From an uncultured virus (IMG/VR IMGVR_UViG_2860815047_000004) (Duplodnaviria; Heunggongvirae; Uroviricota; Caudoviricetes), in IMG/VR virus record IMGVR_UViG_2860815047_000004: a stretch of 64,000 nt of DNA; one strand, given 5' to 3'. The notes beneath the pieces are model-generated. The model ran no database searches. It was not told the DNA's origin and was given only the letters and a program-made list of their open reading frames with translations. This document shows positions 30,405 to 41,177 of the stretch, in pieces. A program made the translations under genes and the position numbers. Every line of letters begins with the position of its first letter. The stretch's first letter is position 1.

Positions 30405-31541
30405 TTGAAATATGACAAGGACAGAATAAAAGAAAGCCTTACGCTTGAGGATATACATAAGATATTAAAAGAATTGGGTAGCGAAAATAATCAATGGGAT
30501 CAACAAGGGAACCCAATATACAGAACCGTTTGCCATAACGCTTCTGGGGGAAGCTACAAGCTGTATTATTATCACGAAGCAAAGCAATTTCATTGCTATA
30601 CAGAATGTGGAGATACATTCGATGTCTTTGAACTTGTTATACGAGCAAAAAGTCAAAAAGGGATCAATATGCCTTTCAATCAAGCCATTGAGTATGTTGC
30701 AAGGCTGGCTGGGAGAACATTTGGTTTCGGTAATAGAGAGACATTCACGAATAATGATTTAATTGATGACTGGGAATGGATGGGGAAGTTCAATAAGAAG
30801 AAAAAGATAGCCATTGAACTTCCCAGCTTCAATGAGACTGTTTTAGATGTATTTATGCCTTATCCTCATCAAATGTGGTTAGACGAGGGGATAAGCATGC
30901 AAACATTAAATGACTTTGAAATTGGCTACTATTTTAGAAGCTACACAGAAGGTATAACCATTCCACATCGAGATTTAAATAATAGATTGATTGGCATACG
31001 TAGACGATCTCTTATTAAAGAGGAAGTTGATGCCGGCTATAAATATATGCCTTTAAAAGTTGGGAATACCCTGTATAATCATCAGACCATGATGAATTTA
31101 TATGGATTACATAAAACAAAAGATTCTATTGAAAGGTTTAAAAAAGCTTTAATTTTTGAATCGGAAAAGTCTGTGTTAAAATGCCAGGATTTTTATGAAG
31201 AAGCAAATTTCACATGTGCAGTCTGTTCAAACAACATTTCAAATTTTCACCGTGATATCTTACTTTCTCTTGGAGTGGAAGAAGTGTTTATTGCTTTAGA
31301 TAAATATAGACCACCGAAAGAGCATGAGACAGAGGAGATGTATCAACGTAAACTGCTAGAGTATCAGAAAAAAATCTTGAAGCTTGCAGTAAAATTTACG
31401 CCATATGTTCGTGTGTATGTTTTATGGGATTTTGAAAACATGTTGGATTATAAAGACAGTCCAGCTGATAAGGGAAAAGACGTTTTAGAGGAGTTGATGA
31501 GAAGAAAAATTGAAATCAATACGAATGAAGGAGGGATTTAG
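30405..31541 (+). CDS. yorJ: DNA primase (zinc finger plus TOPRIM)
   Basis: CH..CYTEC; IFESEKS, IALDK, YKDSP. Confidence 0.88.
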   Translation: MKYDKDRIKESLTLEDIHKILKELGSENNQWDQQGNPIYRTVCHNASGGSYKLYYYHEAKQFHCYTECGDTFDVFELVIRAKSQKGINMPFNQAIEYVARLAGRTFGFGNRETFTNNDLIDDWEWMGKFNKKKKIAIELPSFNETVLDVFMPYPHQMWLDEGISMQTLNDFEIGYYFRSYTEGITIPHRDLNNRLIGIRRRSLIKEEVDAGYKYMPLKVGNTLYNHQTMMNLYGLHKTKDSIERFKKALIFESEKSVLKCQDFYEEANFTCAVCSNNISNFHRDILLSLGVEEVFIALDKYRPPKEHETEEMYQRKLLEYQKKILKLAVKFTPYVRVYVLWDFENMLDYKDSPADKGKDVLEELMRRKIEINTNEGGI

Positions 31542-33271
31542 TGGCTTATAAGATCATTGGCAACAATGATTATAATTTCAATCCATTATCGACAATTTTA
31601 AAAAACAGAGGGATTGAAAATCCGAAGAGCTTTATTGATGTGAACCAGAGCTCAGTCATTCATTTTTCAAAACTCAATAACATTGATAAAGCATCTGATT
31701 GTTTAATAAAGCATTTAGAGGATAAAAATAAAATATTTGTTCAAGTGGATAGCGATGTAGATGGGTACACATCCAGTTCAATCATTATCAATTATATAAA
31801 GAAGATTTGTCCAAAAGCAAATATACATTACCGAATTCAAGATGGGAAGGAACATGGGATTTTTATTGATACAATTCCTGATGATGTTGACTTAGTCATA
31901 ATCCCAGACGCGGGCTCAAGTCAATTTGAGGAACATGAGGCTCTTAATAAGAGAGGCACAGAAATAATTGTTATTGATCACCATGAATGTGAACGAGAGT
32001 CTGAACATGCGATCGTAGTAAATAATCAACTTTCGCCTAATTATTCGAATAAAACTCTAACAGGTGCAGGTATGGCATATAAATTTTGCCAGGCAGTTGA
32101 TGAAAAGCTAAATAAAAATGAAGCCGAACAATTCTTAGACCTTGTATCTATTGGTAACATTGCTGATTCGGCTGATTCAAGAAACCTTGAAACCAGGTAT
32201 TTTATGAATGAAGGCTTGAAGAAAATTAAGCATCCATTATTAAAGAAGCTGTTTAAGAAGCAAGATTTTTCAACCAAAGGTGACAAGAACATACAGAATA
32301 CACAGTTCTTTATTAACCCTTTAATTAACGCTGCCATTAGGGTTGGAAGCAGTGAAGAAAAAGATCAAATGATGAGAGCATTCCTTCTTTCTAAAGAAAA
32401 GGTTCCCTACAAAAAACGTGGGCAAAGTGAAACAGAGCTTGTGTCAATACATGATGACACAGTTAGAATTCTAGGAAATCTAAAAGCTAAGCAGAAACGG
32501 ATTGCAGATGCAGCTGGAGCGGAAATTAAAAATAGAATAGAGGAAAAAAGTTTAACAGCGAATAAAGTACTCATTGTTTACATTGAAGGAATTCTAGATA
32601 AGAGTCTAACTGGTCTGGTTGCCAATCAGCTTGCAGAAGAATATAAAAAGCCGGTCTTGTTAGCCAGAAACGATCCCGATAAAGGTGAAGATATCTTGAG
32701 TGGCTCTATACGTGGGTATGACAAAGGGTTTATAAAGGATTTTAAGAAAGTGCTTATAGATACTGGATTGTTTGAGTTTGTTGAAGGTCACCCAAATGCA
32801 GCTGGTTTTGCAATTAAACGACAGAATTTAATTCTGGTGAACAAAGTGCTGAATGAAAAATTTAAAGACATTGATATTGAAGAAGATGTTCAAAATGTTG
32901 ATTTTGAGATACCAGCTAATCAACTTAGAAAGGAATTTTTAATTAAGCTGTATAGCTATAAAGATTATTGGGGCTATAAGGTCGAAGAACCATTAGTAGC
33001 AATAACAGAACTAGAAGTTGATGTTGATCAAATTGAACACATCGGGAAAAAGAACAAGACAACAATCAAGTTTAAACATGGAGATATTGAATACATACGC
33101 TTTAAAAGCGATACAGAATACTTTGAGAAACTTGCTCAATCAAATGGAACTTTAATACTTAATGTTGTTGGTAAGGCAAGGGTAAATGAATATAAGGGTA
33201 GACAAACACCTCAAATTGAAATTTATGACTTGGAGGTGGTTTGTACAAAGAAAAAAGAGCTTGTGTTTTAA
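31541..33271 (+). CDS. yorK: RecJ-like ssDNA exonuclease
   Basis: DSDVDG, IDHH, GSIR, GHPNAAG. Confidence 0.93.
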   Translation: MAYKIIGNNDYNFNPLSTILKNRGIENPKSFIDVNQSSVIHFSKLNNIDKASDCLIKHLEDKNKIFVQVDSDVDGYTSSSIIINYIKKICPKANIHYRIQDGKEHGIFIDTIPDDVDLVIIPDAGSSQFEEHEALNKRGTEIIVIDHHECERESEHAIVVNNQLSPNYSNKTLTGAGMAYKFCQAVDEKLNKNEAEQFLDLVSIGNIADSADSRNLETRYFMNEGLKKIKHPLLKKLFKKQDFSTKGDKNIQNTQFFINPLINAAIRVGSSEEKDQMMRAFLLSKEKVPYKKRGQSETELVSIHDDTVRILGNLKAKQKRIADAAGAEIKNRIEEKSLTANKVLIVYIEGILDKSLTGLVANQLAEEYKKPVLLARNDPDKGEDILSGSIRGYDKGFIKDFKKVLIDTGLFEFVEGHPNAAGFAIKRQNLILVNKVLNEKFKDIDIEEDVQNVDFEIPANQLRKEFLIKLYSYKDYWGYKVEEPLVAITELEVDVDQIEHIGKKNKTTIKFKHGDIEYIRFKSDTEYFEKLAQSNGTLILNVVGKARVNEYKGRQTPQIEIYDLEVVCTKKKELVF

Positions 33272-33283
33272 GGGGGATGAAAA

Positions 33284-36200
33284 TTGATTGGATGTCACTG
33301 CCACACTGATAAAAGTAACATAAGACTACTCGATTCAACAAACTCAGTTGGAGAATTGCTTAAGACAGCTGTTCAGATGAATTATAAAGGATTGGCTATT
33401 ACTGACCATGAGGTTCTTTCAGCGCATTTGGAAGCGATTAAGACTGTCAGAGAAATGAAGAAGAAGGGAGATATGCCTGCAGATTTTAAACTCATATTGG
33501 GGAATGAAGCATATTTAGTCGATTCACTGGAAGAAGTCCGCGATAACTATAAGTCAGGACAGACAAAGTTTCCGCACTTTCTAATGTTGGCAATTGACCC
33601 TAAAGGACACGAGCAGCTAAGAATACTATCTTCACAAGCCTGGGAAAATTCATTTTACACAGGAACAATGGAAAGAGTGCCAACAGTTAAAAAGGATGTA
33701 GAAGAACTGCTTAGCAAAGATCCAGGTCATATTATCGCTACAACAGCTTGTCTTGGCTCTGAGGTGAATATCAATTTACTCAGAATCAAAGAATGCGAAG
33801 AAAGCGGAGACATTCAGTCAATCAAGCAGCACAAATTAAAAATTCATGAGTTTATAACATGGTGTGTAAAAGTCTTTGGGAAAGATAAGTTCTTTATTGA
33901 GCTTCAGCCAGCTTTAAGTGAAGAACAGATTTATTGTAATAAGAAACTTGTTGATATAGCTAACGGCTATGGATTGAAAGTGATTGTCACCACCGATGCA
34001 CACTTTCTTAGGCCGGAAGACAGGGCAATTCATCAAGCCTTTTTAAACGCCAAGGATGGAGAGAGAGAAGTCGACTCTTTTTATGAGGCATGTTTTGTTC
34101 AGAATGTTGATGAAATTCATGAGAGAATGGACTACATGGACAAAGAGATCATCAATGAGGCCATTGAAAACACATTACTAATTGGAGAGATGATTGAAGA
34201 CTATACTATTGAGCACGAACCAATTATTCCAAAAATGGAGCTACCACAGTTTAAATTGAGGCATTTATTTAAACCAGCATATAATGAGTATGAGTACATA
34301 AAGAAGATGTCTGAATCGAAAGATGAGCAGGACAGATATCTCTTGAAATTAATTGAAGATGGCTTTGATGATAAGTTGAAAACAAATGAACTAACAAAGG
34401 ATGCATTTCACAAAATATTAAATAGGATTAATGTTGAGCTAGGAGAGCTTTGGGAAATCAGCCAAAAGCTAAACCAGTCCATGCCTTCTTATTACATAAC
34501 AGTCAGAGAAATAATTAATATTATTTGGGATGATGAGTGTGGTGGAGATAGTTTAGTTGGGGCAGCCAGGGGAAGTGCGGCAGGATATCTCGTTAACTAT
34601 TTACTCGACAACACTCAATTTAACCCAATGCAATATGATTTACCACATTGGAGACATATACATAAATCTAGACCTGATCTTCCAGATATCGATATTGATA
34701 CTGAAGGATCAAAAAGACAAAAAATTCTTAAGGCACTTAGAACAAGATTTGGAGACAAACGTGTTCTTCAAATTGCTACTTTTGGAACTGAGGGCTCAAA
34801 ATCAGCGCTTAAGACAGCATGTAGAGGCTTAGGGATAGATAACGATATATCTGAATATTTAAGTGGGATGATTCCTTATGAAAGAGGGTCTAACTGGCCA
34901 TTAACGCATTGTTTTTATGGTGACATAGAAACTAACAGAAAACCAATGAAAGAGTTTATTAGAGAGGTTGAGCAATACCCCAATCTTAAAGAAACAGCTC
35001 TGAAAATTGAAGGATTAACTAATAAACGGTCTTCTCACGCAGCTGGAGTTATTATCTTTAACAATGAATATACAAAGTCGAATGCAATGATGAAAACTCC
35101 TAAAGGAGCTTTTATTACACAGTTTAACATGGGTGATAGTGAAGCCATGGGCTCGGTAAAGTTTGATCTTCTGACCATTGAGGCTTTAGATAAGATTCGA
35201 GTAACCTTAGACCAGTTAATCGAGAACAAAGAAATTGAATGGCAAGGAAACTTAAAGGAAACATACAAGAAATACATTCATCCAGACGTAATTGAATATG
35301 AAGATCCAAGGCTGTGGGAAATGGCTGGTAATGGAGAGGTAATGGATTTGTTCCAGTTTTCGACCGAGGTCGGCCACCAATCTGTGATTAAAGTTAAACC
35401 CAAAAGCCTGCTTGAGGCGGCAGTCACAAACTCTTTAATGCGTTTAATGTCTGATGGAGAAGAGCAACCTGTTGACACATATGTAAAGTATAAGAACAAT
35501 ATGTCACTATGGTATGAAGAAATGCGCAATTATGGTCTAAGCAATGCCGGGATAAAGGTGGTTGAAAGATATTTAAAAGACATTTATGGAGTTGCTGACA
35601 CTCAAGAAGTTGTCATGCAAATGGTAATGGATAAAGATATAGCCGGTTTCGATATTAAGGAGTCAAATTATTTAAGGAAATCCATAGCAAAGAAAAAAGA
35701 AGATGTATTAAAAGAAGTTCAGAACTTATTCTTCAAGAAAGGGAAGGAGGTTGGTGCGTCAGACGCTCTTTTGAATTATGTGTGGAATGTTCAATTTAAA
35801 AGACAGTTTGGCTACAGTTTCAGTCTACTTCATACTTTAGCGTATTCCATTATTGCGTTACAGGAGTTGAACTTAAACTACCGATATAACCCTTTATACT
35901 GGAACACTGCCTGTTTGACAGTTAACAGTGGTGGTGTTGAAAATGAAGAAGAAGCAGGAGACAAAGACGGAAATAAGAAGACTCAGAAAACTGACTATGG
36001 GAAAGTTGCTTCGGCTATAGGAAGCATACGCCATCGAGGTATAAAGGTTGATTTACCTGATGTTAATAAGGCTGGTTTTGGTTTTAAGGCAGATATTCAA
36101 AACAATTCAATTATCTTTGGAATGAAAGGCATGAATGGAATTGGAGATGAAATAGTTCACCGAATAATTTCAAATAGGCCATACGAGTCCTTTGAAGAAT

Positions 36201-37213
36201 TCCTTGATAAATTATTCTATACAGGAAAAATCAAAAAAGGCCAAGTAATACAATTGATTAAGGGAGGCTGCTTTGATGCCTTTGATGACCGAAAAGAAAT
36301 CATGAAAAAGTACATCACAATAATTGCCGAACCTAAAAAGAAATTAACCATGGCAAATATAGGTATGATGTTAGAAAACGATTTGATTCCTGAACAATTT
36401 GCTTTAGAAGTTAGGTGCTTTAAATTTAAAGAATATATTTCAAAGAAAGTCTTTAAGACAATCGAATCACCTAAAGATAAGCTTTATTTATTAGATGATG
36501 CAGCGTCTGAGTTCTTTAATCAAAACTTTGATGAAAATTGTGTGGTGGATTTTCACAATGAACATCTCATAATCTCAGAGAATGCATTTAAAAAAGAATA
36601 TGACAAAAAGATGACTGCATTAAAAAAATGGTTAGGAACTGATGAGGCTCTAAAACTTTTAAATCGAAGACTACTCAATAATGAGTGGGTTAAATATGCT
36701 AGCGGTACATATGGCAAATGGGAAATGGATTCATTGAGCTATTATTATACCGATCATGAGCTTTCTGGTGTTAACTTTGCTAAATATGACATTGTTGATT
36801 TTTATGAGCTACCAGAAGAGCCGGTTAAAGGGAAGTCATATCAATGGAGAGGGAGAACTCTCTATGAATATGGAACAACTCGGATTGCAGGAACCGTATT
36901 AGACAGGGATAAAAACAAGCACACAATCACACTCCTTACACCTACAGGAGTGGTAACAGTTAAACAGTGGGCTGGTAGCTTTGGACATTATAATAAACAG
37001 ATTTCTCGACCTGTTGCCGGCGGCAAGAAAGAGGTTGTTGAGAAGTCTTGGTATACCAGAGGAACTTTGCTCATGTTCACTGGATTCAGAAGAGGCAATA
37101 ACTTTATTCCTAAAGTATATAAGAACAGTATCTATAGTCACACGGTCTGTAGAATTGATCATGTTGATAGTGAAGGCAATATTAGTTTAACAACTAAAAG
37201 AGCTGAGGCATAG
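33284..37213 (+). CDS. yorL: DNA polymerase III alpha subunit (DnaE)
   Basis: PHP domain (HCHT, ITDH), RGSAAG, PDIDID, HAAGVI, KFDLL. Confidence 0.96.
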   Translation: MIGCHCHTDKSNIRLLDSTNSVGELLKTAVQMNYKGLAITDHEVLSAHLEAIKTVREMKKKGDMPADFKLILGNEAYLVDSLEEVRDNYKSGQTKFPHFLMLAIDPKGHEQLRILSSQAWENSFYTGTMERVPTVKKDVEELLSKDPGHIIATTACLGSEVNINLLRIKECEESGDIQSIKQHKLKIHEFITWCVKVFGKDKFFIELQPALSEEQIYCNKKLVDIANGYGLKVIVTTDAHFLRPEDRAIHQAFLNAKDGEREVDSFYEACFVQNVDEIHERMDYMDKEIINEAIENTLLIGEMIEDYTIEHEPIIPKMELPQFKLRHLFKPAYNEYEYIKKMSESKDEQDRYLLKLIEDGFDDKLKTNELTKDAFHKILNRINVELGELWEISQKLNQSMPSYYITVREIINIIWDDECGGDSLVGAARGSAAGYLVNYLLDNTQFNPMQYDLPHWRHIHKSRPDLPDIDIDTEGSKRQKILKALRTRFGDKRVLQIATFGTEGSKSALKTACRGLGIDNDISEYLSGMIPYERGSNWPLTHCFYGDIETNRKPMKEFIREVEQYPNLKETALKIEGLTNKRSSHAAGVIIFNNEYTKSNAMMKTPKGAFITQFNMGDSEAMGSVKFDLLTIEALDKIRVTLDQLIENKEIEWQGNLKETYKKYIHPDVIEYEDPRLWEMAGNGEVMDLFQFSTEVGHQSVIKVKPKSLLEAAVTNSLMRLMSDGEEQPVDTYVKYKNNMSLWYEEMRNYGLSNAGIKVVERYLKDIYGVADTQEVVMQMVMDKDIAGFDIKESNYLRKSIAKKKEDVLKEVQNLFFKKGKEVGASDALLNYVWNVQFKRQFGYSFSLLHTLAYSIIALQELNLNYRYNPLYWNTACLTVNSGGVENEEEAGDKDGNKKTQKTDYGKVASAIGSIRHRGIKVDLPDVNKAGFGFKADIQNNSIIFGMKGMNGIGDEIVHRIISNRPYESFEEFLDKLFYTGKIKKGQVIQLIKGGCFDAFDDRKEIMKKYITIIAEPKKKLTMANIGMMLENDLIPEQFALEVRCFKFKEYISKKVFKTIESPKDKLYLLDDAASEFFNQNFDENCVVDFHNEHLIISENAFKKEYDKKMTALKKWLGTDEALKLLNRRLLNNEWVKYASGTYGKWEMDSLSYYYTDHELSGVNFAKYDIVDFYELPEEPVKGKSYQWRGRTLYEYGTTRIAGTVLDRDKNKHTITLLTPTGVVTVKQWAGSFGHYNKQISRPVAGGKKEVVEKSWYTRGTLLMFTGFRRGNNFIPKVYKNSIYSHTVCRIDHVDSEGNISLTTKRAEA

Positions 37214-37239
37214 GAGGCAGGATTATCAATAAAAATTTT

Positions 37240-37947
37240 ATGAATAAAAATAAAATAAAAGAACACATTTTTAAGTCCGTTTATGGTATGATGATTTTAA
37301 TTCCCTTAGCCACTTTTTCTTACATAAGTTATGAGCAACATTTACATAAAACAGAGGGAAATGAAGACTCAATAAAAGAATCATTTTATAAGAAGCCTAG
37401 ACAAATTAGGATCCCATCAAGTGAAAATATTGTCTTACAGCTTTTTAAAAAAGCTCAAACGAACAAAGAACAACAATTAAAAAGGCATACAGAGAAGATT
37501 ATCTCAACAAAACTCATTAAACCCAAGAAAAGTAAGAAAAGGCACAGGAAGGGAGGTGAGACGGTAAAGCATAAACTTTTTAAGAGTAAAAATAAAATAT
37601 ATAAACACAGAAAAGAAAACAAGACGCCGGCAGCAAAGAAAACCATCCAGGTTAAGCTGAGTGCTTATATTGCCCACTGCCAAGAAGGATGCACAGGAAC
37701 AACTAGAACAGGTGTTGATGTTACTCAATCAATCTATTACAAAGGGTATCGTGTTATTGCAACCGATCCAAGTGTTATTCCTTTGAATTCAATTGTTGAA
37801 GTAAGAATTGGTGGAAATACATTTAAAGCAATTGCAATTGATACTGGAGGCGCAATTATTGGGAATAAAGTGGACTTGCTCGTAGCAACCGAGCGTGACG
37901 CAGTTAATTTTGGTAAACAAAGTGGGACAATCTCGATTATTAGTTAG
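37240..37947 (+). CDS. yorM: 3D-domain cell-wall protein
   Basis: IATDPSVIPL, AIDTGGAI, VDLL; N-terminal TM. Confidence 0.9.
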   Translation: MNKNKIKEHIFKSVYGMMILIPLATFSYISYEQHLHKTEGNEDSIKESFYKKPRQIRIPSSENIVLQLFKKAQTNKEQQLKRHTEKIISTKLIKPKKSKKRHRKGGETVKHKLFKSKNKIYKHRKENKTPAAKKTIQVKLSAYIAHCQEGCTGTTRTGVDVTQSIYYKGYRVIATDPSVIPLNSIVEVRIGGNTFKAIAIDTGGAIIGNKVDLLVATERDAVNFGKQSGTISIIS

Positions 37948-37958
37948 GAGGCGGTTAA

Positions 37959-38162
37959 TTGCCGAAGTTTTGGTCTTATCCAGAAGGGTTAAAAGTCATC
38001 ATAAATGAGAATGCAAAGAACGCTTGTCCTCATCATGTTGGACGGAAAGGGAAAATTATTGAGTTGCTTCACTCTGCCACATATGATTACGCAGTCAGTG
38101 ATGAAACAGGTGATATTACATTCTTCAAGGAGCATGAATTAAATCCAGCTAAAGGAGGTTAA
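37959..38162 (+). CDS. yorP: YorP-family protein
   Basis: MPKFWSYPEGLKV; synteny. Confidence 0.8.
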   Translation: MPKFWSYPEGLKVIINENAKNACPHHVGRKGKIIELLHSATYDYAVSDETGDITFFKEHELNPAKGG

Positions 38163-38166
38163 TTGT

Positions 38167-38325
38167 ATGTTTAAAAAGGGAGAGAAGGTGATTGCGGGTT
38201 TCACAGGAGAGATTGGTGTTGTTGCGCAAGTTGATAAAGGATATGAACAATTAGAAGTTGAGTATCCAGACGGCTCATATAGAGTGATTGGCTTCAGCAA
38301 TGTAAGAAGGGTGGAAGATAAATGA
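38167..38325 (+). CDS. yorQ: 52-aa protein, YorQ-like (not in ORF track)
   Basis: MFKKGEKVIAGFTGEIGVV; RBS AAGGAGG. Confidence 0.7.
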   Translation: MFKKGEKVIAGFTGEIGVVAQVDKGYEQLEVEYPDGSYRVIGFSNVRRVEDK

Positions 38326-38819
38326 CGATGATTATTTTAGAAGGCACTGACTGCTGCTACAAATCAACAGTAGCAGAAAAGCTAAGCAAAGAACTCGGAT
38401 ACCCGGTAATAAAAGGATCCAGCTTTGAATTGGCCAAGAGCGGTAATGAGAAGCTATTTGAACACTTTAGCAAGCTGGCTGATGAGGACAATATAATTAT
38501 TGACCGATACATATATTCAAATTTGGTTTATGCGAGAAAATTCAAGGATTACTCTATCTTAACGGAAGAGCAACAAAGGGCAATTGAGGAAAAGATTAGA
38601 GATAAAGCAAAAGTGATCTACTTATATGCTGATCCAAAAATTATTAAGCAGCGTTTACTTGAACGTGGTGATGAATACATAAATGACCGGGATATTGAGC
38701 CGGTTTTAGAACTTTACAACCAGGTAATTGATGAAATGGGTTTACATATGAACTCTTGGGATACAAACGAGTGGAATAGTGATGAAATTGTAGAGGATAT
38801 TATTCATTTGATTGGATAG
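38322..38819 (+). CDS. yorR: Nucleotide kinase
   Basis: EGTDCCYKST P-loop, IIDR. Confidence 0.88.
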   Translation: MTMIILEGTDCCYKSTVAEKLSKELGYPVIKGSSFELAKSGNEKLFEHFSKLADEDNIIIDRYIYSNLVYARKFKDYSILTEEQQRAIEEKIRDKAKVIYLYADPKIIKQRLLERGDEYINDRDIEPVLELYNQVIDEMGLHMNSWDTNEWNSDEIVEDIIHLIG

Positions 38820-38876
38820 GTTTGGAATTGGAATAAAAGAACATATCAGCTATAAAAATGAAAAAGGGGAACTTAA

Positions 38877-39833
38877 ATGACAAAAGAGCTTTTAGGAAGT
38901 TTGGAATTAAACAGAATTTATCAATTCGATGTATTAAAAGGATTGAAATTAGTACCATCTAATTGTATCGATCTAATAATTGCAGACCCACCTTATTTTG
39001 GGGTAGTTAAAGATAAATGGGACAATCAATGGGGCAATGATTATGATAAATTTAAAGATTGGATTTGTGAGATAATAAAAGAATTTGATAGAGTACTGAA
39101 GGTAAACGGTACTTTATATTTATATGGATGGTTTAATAACATGTTGCCTCTGTATGATGAAATCAAGAAAAACTTTTTTCTTAGACAGAATATCACTGTT
39201 CATAAGGGTGTAAAATCTATTGCTGGAAGAACATCAAGTAAGCTTAAACAGTTTCCAACAGCAACAGAATATCTATGGATTTTAACTAAGCAAGATACAG
39301 TAGGCAGATTGAAGGATGGTTCGAGTGTTCTTGATCCAATACATAATGTTCTTCAACAAGGAATCAAGGCACTTGACTTAAAAATGAAAGACATAAATAA
39401 AATTTGGGGACATCCAATCAATTCAGGAATAGCAGGACATTATTTCAGAGATAAGTCTCAACCTGCATTTATTACAAAAGAGAAATATAATCAATTAATT
39501 TCTCACGGTTGTTCTTTTGAAAAGACTTGGGAGGAATTAAAACAAATGTATGAAGATAACCGGATTAAATTTAATCTCCCTAGGGGAGTGACAGATGTCT
39601 GGGAAATTGATTTTTACAAAGATGAAAGATATGGACACAGCACTCAAAAACCACTTGATTTGTGTGAGCGAATTATTACATCTAGTTCAAATCAACATGA
39701 TAATATTCTAATACCTTTTGTTGGATCGGGAAGTGAATGTGTAGCAGCTCAAAAACTAAACCGTAATTATTTAGGGTTTGAAATTGATTTTGATTACATA
39801 AAGATCGCTAACAAGCGTCTAGATTGCATTTGA
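38877..39833 (+). CDS. Beta-class N4-C/N6-A DNA methyltransferase
   Basis: IIADPPY (motif IV), HSTQKP, PFVGSGS (motif I). Confidence 0.93.
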   Translation: MTKELLGSLELNRIYQFDVLKGLKLVPSNCIDLIIADPPYFGVVKDKWDNQWGNDYDKFKDWICEIIKEFDRVLKVNGTLYLYGWFNNMLPLYDEIKKNFFLRQNITVHKGVKSIAGRTSSKLKQFPTATEYLWILTKQDTVGRLKDGSSVLDPIHNVLQQGIKALDLKMKDINKIWGHPINSGIAGHYFRDKSQPAFITKEKYNQLISHGCSFEKTWEELKQMYEDNRIKFNLPRGVTDVWEIDFYKDERYGHSTQKPLDLCERIITSSSNQHDNILIPFVGSGSECVAAQKLNRNYLGFEIDFDYIKIANKRLDCI

Positions 39834-39907
39834 TTTTGTATTTAAAAGAGGAATATGACATAATTTGTAGAACTTATTACGGATAGAATAATTGGGAGTG
39901 TTGTATT

Positions 39908-40486
39908 ATGTCCGTAAGAATTTTACATTGTGGTGAATCTATAGAGAATTATAATATTTGCATAGATAATAAGATTGTTGGATTTACTAAAAGAACTGCA
40001 ACAATAGGTGATTTAATTTATATCTCTGTAAAGAAGGATAATGAAAGCTTCTGCGGAGTCCGAGGCGTAATTGCTGAGATTACAGATGAAAGACCTTGGA
40101 GAGACGAAGATAATTATGTGCAATCTTTTCACTTGAAGGATATGGAGTTTTGCAATCCGTTTCCCCTAAAAGTCCTTGCTGAAATCGGAGGGAAATATTG
40201 GGGCGCGAAATATATGCAATCCTCGAAAGCAATTAAAGACAAAGAAGCCATAAGTTTGTTAAATAGTAACTTTTTAAAACCAAATGAAAAGTCTTTACAT
40301 AAATCTTTAAAAGCAACATTTGAAGAAATAGATACTGAATTATCCCCAATCGAAATCATGGGCACCTATACAACCATAAAATTTCACAGTGAACAACATA
40401 AATCCAGAGGATTGGAAACCCTTGTTAATAAGAATTTTTATAATTTATTTGATGATTATCAGAAAAGATCGTCTATTCATCATTAG
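39908..40486 (+). CDS. EVE/PUA-like domain protein, N-terminal part of a possible nuclease
   Basis: ENYNIC..GDLIYI..GVRGVI..PW pattern. Confidence 0.55.
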   Translation: MSVRILHCGESIENYNICIDNKIVGFTKRTATIGDLIYISVKKDNESFCGVRGVIAEITDERPWRDEDNYVQSFHLKDMEFCNPFPLKVLAEIGGKYWGAKYMQSSKAIKDKEAISLLNSNFLKPNEKSLHKSLKATFEEIDTELSPIEIMGTYTTIKFHSEQHKSRGLETLVNKNFYNLFDDYQKRSSIHH

Positions 40487-40494
40487 GGAGTGAA

Positions 40495-41076
40495 ATGTCT
40501 AATGGAATGGTCAAGGGGATAAGTAGCATCCCAGATGCTTTGCTAATAAACTTCAACAAACGTAACATTGCTTCACCATTTCAACTGAATTTAATAGAAT
40601 ACGAATGTTATGGACAAAATAAAACAAAGCTAATGGATAAATTCAACTACCTGAACGGTCATATTATACCTCAATTAATGAGGTTTGCATCTGCATTTAG
40701 CATCGCTACAGATAGCAGTTTAAGAGACTCTACAATAAAATCTTGGGTTGAAAAAATAATTGAACACATATATGCAGATGAGGATATCATAATAAAGGTA
40801 TCTGGTTGGATTAGGGAGATACACCCTGATATCAATGAACAAAAAATTTCATTGGAATTACATAAATTGCTAACAAAATCTTTTCATGAAAACCTGAGAA
40901 TTATGTTAATAATAGATGAGTTAACAACTGATCAAAAAGACACAATAAAAAATATTATTGGCTCATTTAAACTGGGCAGTGAAAAAAACATTGAGTTTTT
41001 AGGATTTGTAGTAAGGCTAGAACAGAGAATTAATGTGATCAATGATAATGAATATGCATTATCTCTACAGAAATAA
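40495..41076 (+). CDS. Putative PD-(D/E)XK nuclease domain
   Basis: IPDALL..LIEYE..QLMRF..MLIIDE. Confidence 0.55.
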   Translation: MSNGMVKGISSIPDALLINFNKRNIASPFQLNLIEYECYGQNKTKLMDKFNYLNGHIIPQLMRFASAFSIATDSSLRDSTIKSWVEKIIEHIYADEDIIIKVSGWIREIHPDINEQKISLELHKLLTKSFHENLRIMLIIDELTTDQKDTIKNIIGSFKLGSEKNIEFLGFVVRLEQRINVINDNEYALSLQK

Positions 41077-41177
41077 ATTTTGACAAGGATGGAGGTGCTC
41101 AAAAAGAGTACCTTTTAAATTCAATATTTTGAGAATGAAAATAAAATATCTCTTTTATAGAGAAAGGGGAGACTGTA

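Noticed and set aside
33284..37213. Intein or intron in DnaE or the helicase
   Set aside because: Both are continuous ORFs of expected length with no intein terminal motifs recognised.
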